Assembly: GCA_965235115.1 (NCBI GenBank)
Contig: OZ249437.1
Span: 42,532,001 to 42,596,000, forward strand
Source of the DNA: Laetmonice hystrix
Taxonomy: Eukaryota
Length of the DNA: 64,000 nt
Direction: 5' to 3'
Part shown: positions 62,826-64,000 of the stretch, piece by piece
Layout of the letters: the number at the start of each line of letters is the position of its first letter
Numbering within the stretch: the stretch's first letter is position 1
Notes under the pieces: generated by a model
Database searches by the model: none
What the model saw: only the letters and a program-made list of their open reading frames with translations
Told to the model about the DNA's origin: nothing
Program-made: the position numbers and the translations under genes

Positions 62826-64000
62826 GTCGACACTATGTTATTTGCGGCCGTACCGTCCAGGGTCACTTTAGAAACAATTCCACCCGTTCGTTACTCGAGT
62901 CACTGGGATTAGGCCTCATAGCTTACAACGATTCATAATTGAATGGTCGACAAAGTTTGCATGCCTACAACGAGAACAATCATAAGCCAATCAACTGAAG
63001 CTGATGTTCTGCCATGTCTACCCGTTAACATAAGCTATCCAGCGCACCCTTAATAGCAATTTATCATGAGAAGTATTACTGGCGTAGATGAACTCGACGC
63101 CTGCTACTCAAAGGCCGCCCACTGTAGGCTTTAGACATCAGCATCGACCAGGACTGCCTTAATGTTTGGCCAAATCATACAGGACTCGGATTCGAGGACA
63201 CAGGACAATCACCGCCGTTTTCGTTTGGTTGTAAAATAACAAAGAAATGTCCTGGATGCCGTTGCAGGGGGCCTGAGTGACTGACCAATGCCGGGGTCCT
63301 ATTTCATCTTATTAGAAGGCAGGGATGTTTGGATGCGGAAACTGTAGCAACTGGTCACGGAATCTGCTCATTAAACTCGGCATGATGGAGTCTGGGCGAC
63401 GGCTGGCTGCAAGACTGCAACAGTCTGCACTACAGTTGGCTTTTTGCGATCCGCTGAAGCTGCTGATAGGAGGTACAAATTTAAAAAAAATTATAAAAAG
63501 AAAAAAAGCTGGTGAAAGCAGGTCTTACTGTATGAAACTCGCCGATCATTTCTTGGATCCACTGGAGAAAATATAGGTTGAAGAAATGTTAGCGTTTGTT
63601 CGACGTTTACAGCATTATGGTCAAATACCACATCTGTCACATAGGCTGCTCTTAGACCTTGAAGATGATCTTTGTGCGAGGCGATACGGGGGGGGGGGGG
63701 GCATGACCTGGAAGCATTGAGTTTTTTTCTCTCTAATGGATTCTGTACTCACTGGAATACACCTCCTTAGATCCACGTGGTGCCAAATGTTCTTCAATCA
63801 GAGGTTCCTCTATTCCGAACGGTGCAAGGCTTTATAAAGAGGTGTAACATTTGTATCACAAGATCACTTTGTGGAGTGGTAGTCATCTTTAAGTTTTTCC
63901 CCTTTTAGCATTAAAAGATCAGTCTGTCTAAAAGATCAGTGATTTCCTTTTAGTAGTGGGACCAAAGTCTATCTAGAAGATCACTGCTTTTTCGTTTAGT

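Noticed and set aside
18343-64000. Search for the LAR Ig1 and signal-peptide exons
   Set aside because: I found no segment encoding the expected LRIEP / ECVAxNG motifs. YEC/FEC hits at about 50970 and 58635 have non-Ig context. They are presumed to lie beyond the window, though a manual miss cannot be excluded.

Overview
This is AT-rich animal genomic DNA (about 42-45% GC by eye), probably from a mollusc or other lophotrochozoan. The whole window lies inside one minus-strand gene, a LAR-type (type IIa, Lar/PTPRF-PTPRD-PTPRS family) receptor protein tyrosine phosphatase. I resolved six constitutive coding exons to the base, with canonical AG/GT ends and matching phases: Ig2a 18166-18342, Ig2b 16923-17033, Ig3 12632-12901, FN3-1 11357-11644, FN3-2a 9972-10072 and FN3-2b 9294-9489. 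I found no Ig1 or signal-peptide exon upstream (>18342) and no FN3-3 exon downstream (<9294), so those introns appear to exceed 45 kb and 9 kb. The introns hold about 20 minisatellite arrays, one complete tRNA-derived SINE with a target-site duplication (TSD), several MITEs (one PIF/Harbinger-type copy inserted into an inverted copy of itself) and decayed LINE-like fragments. The most interesting signal is a possible lineage-specific mini-exon splice code. It includes a frame-preserving 63-nt Pro/Ser/Thr cassette at the position of vertebrate mini-exon B and two frame-preserving microexon candidates (15/21 nt and 9 nt) between FN3-2 and FN3-3. The Ig2-Ig3 intron also has a convergent cluster of CTCF-like motifs, and the giant intron has a candidate recursive splice site. 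All alternative-exon and regulatory calls are sequence-based inferences that need RNA or ChIP data. There are no CRISPR arrays or prokaryotic features, and most ORFs in the supplied track are spurious or repeat-derived.
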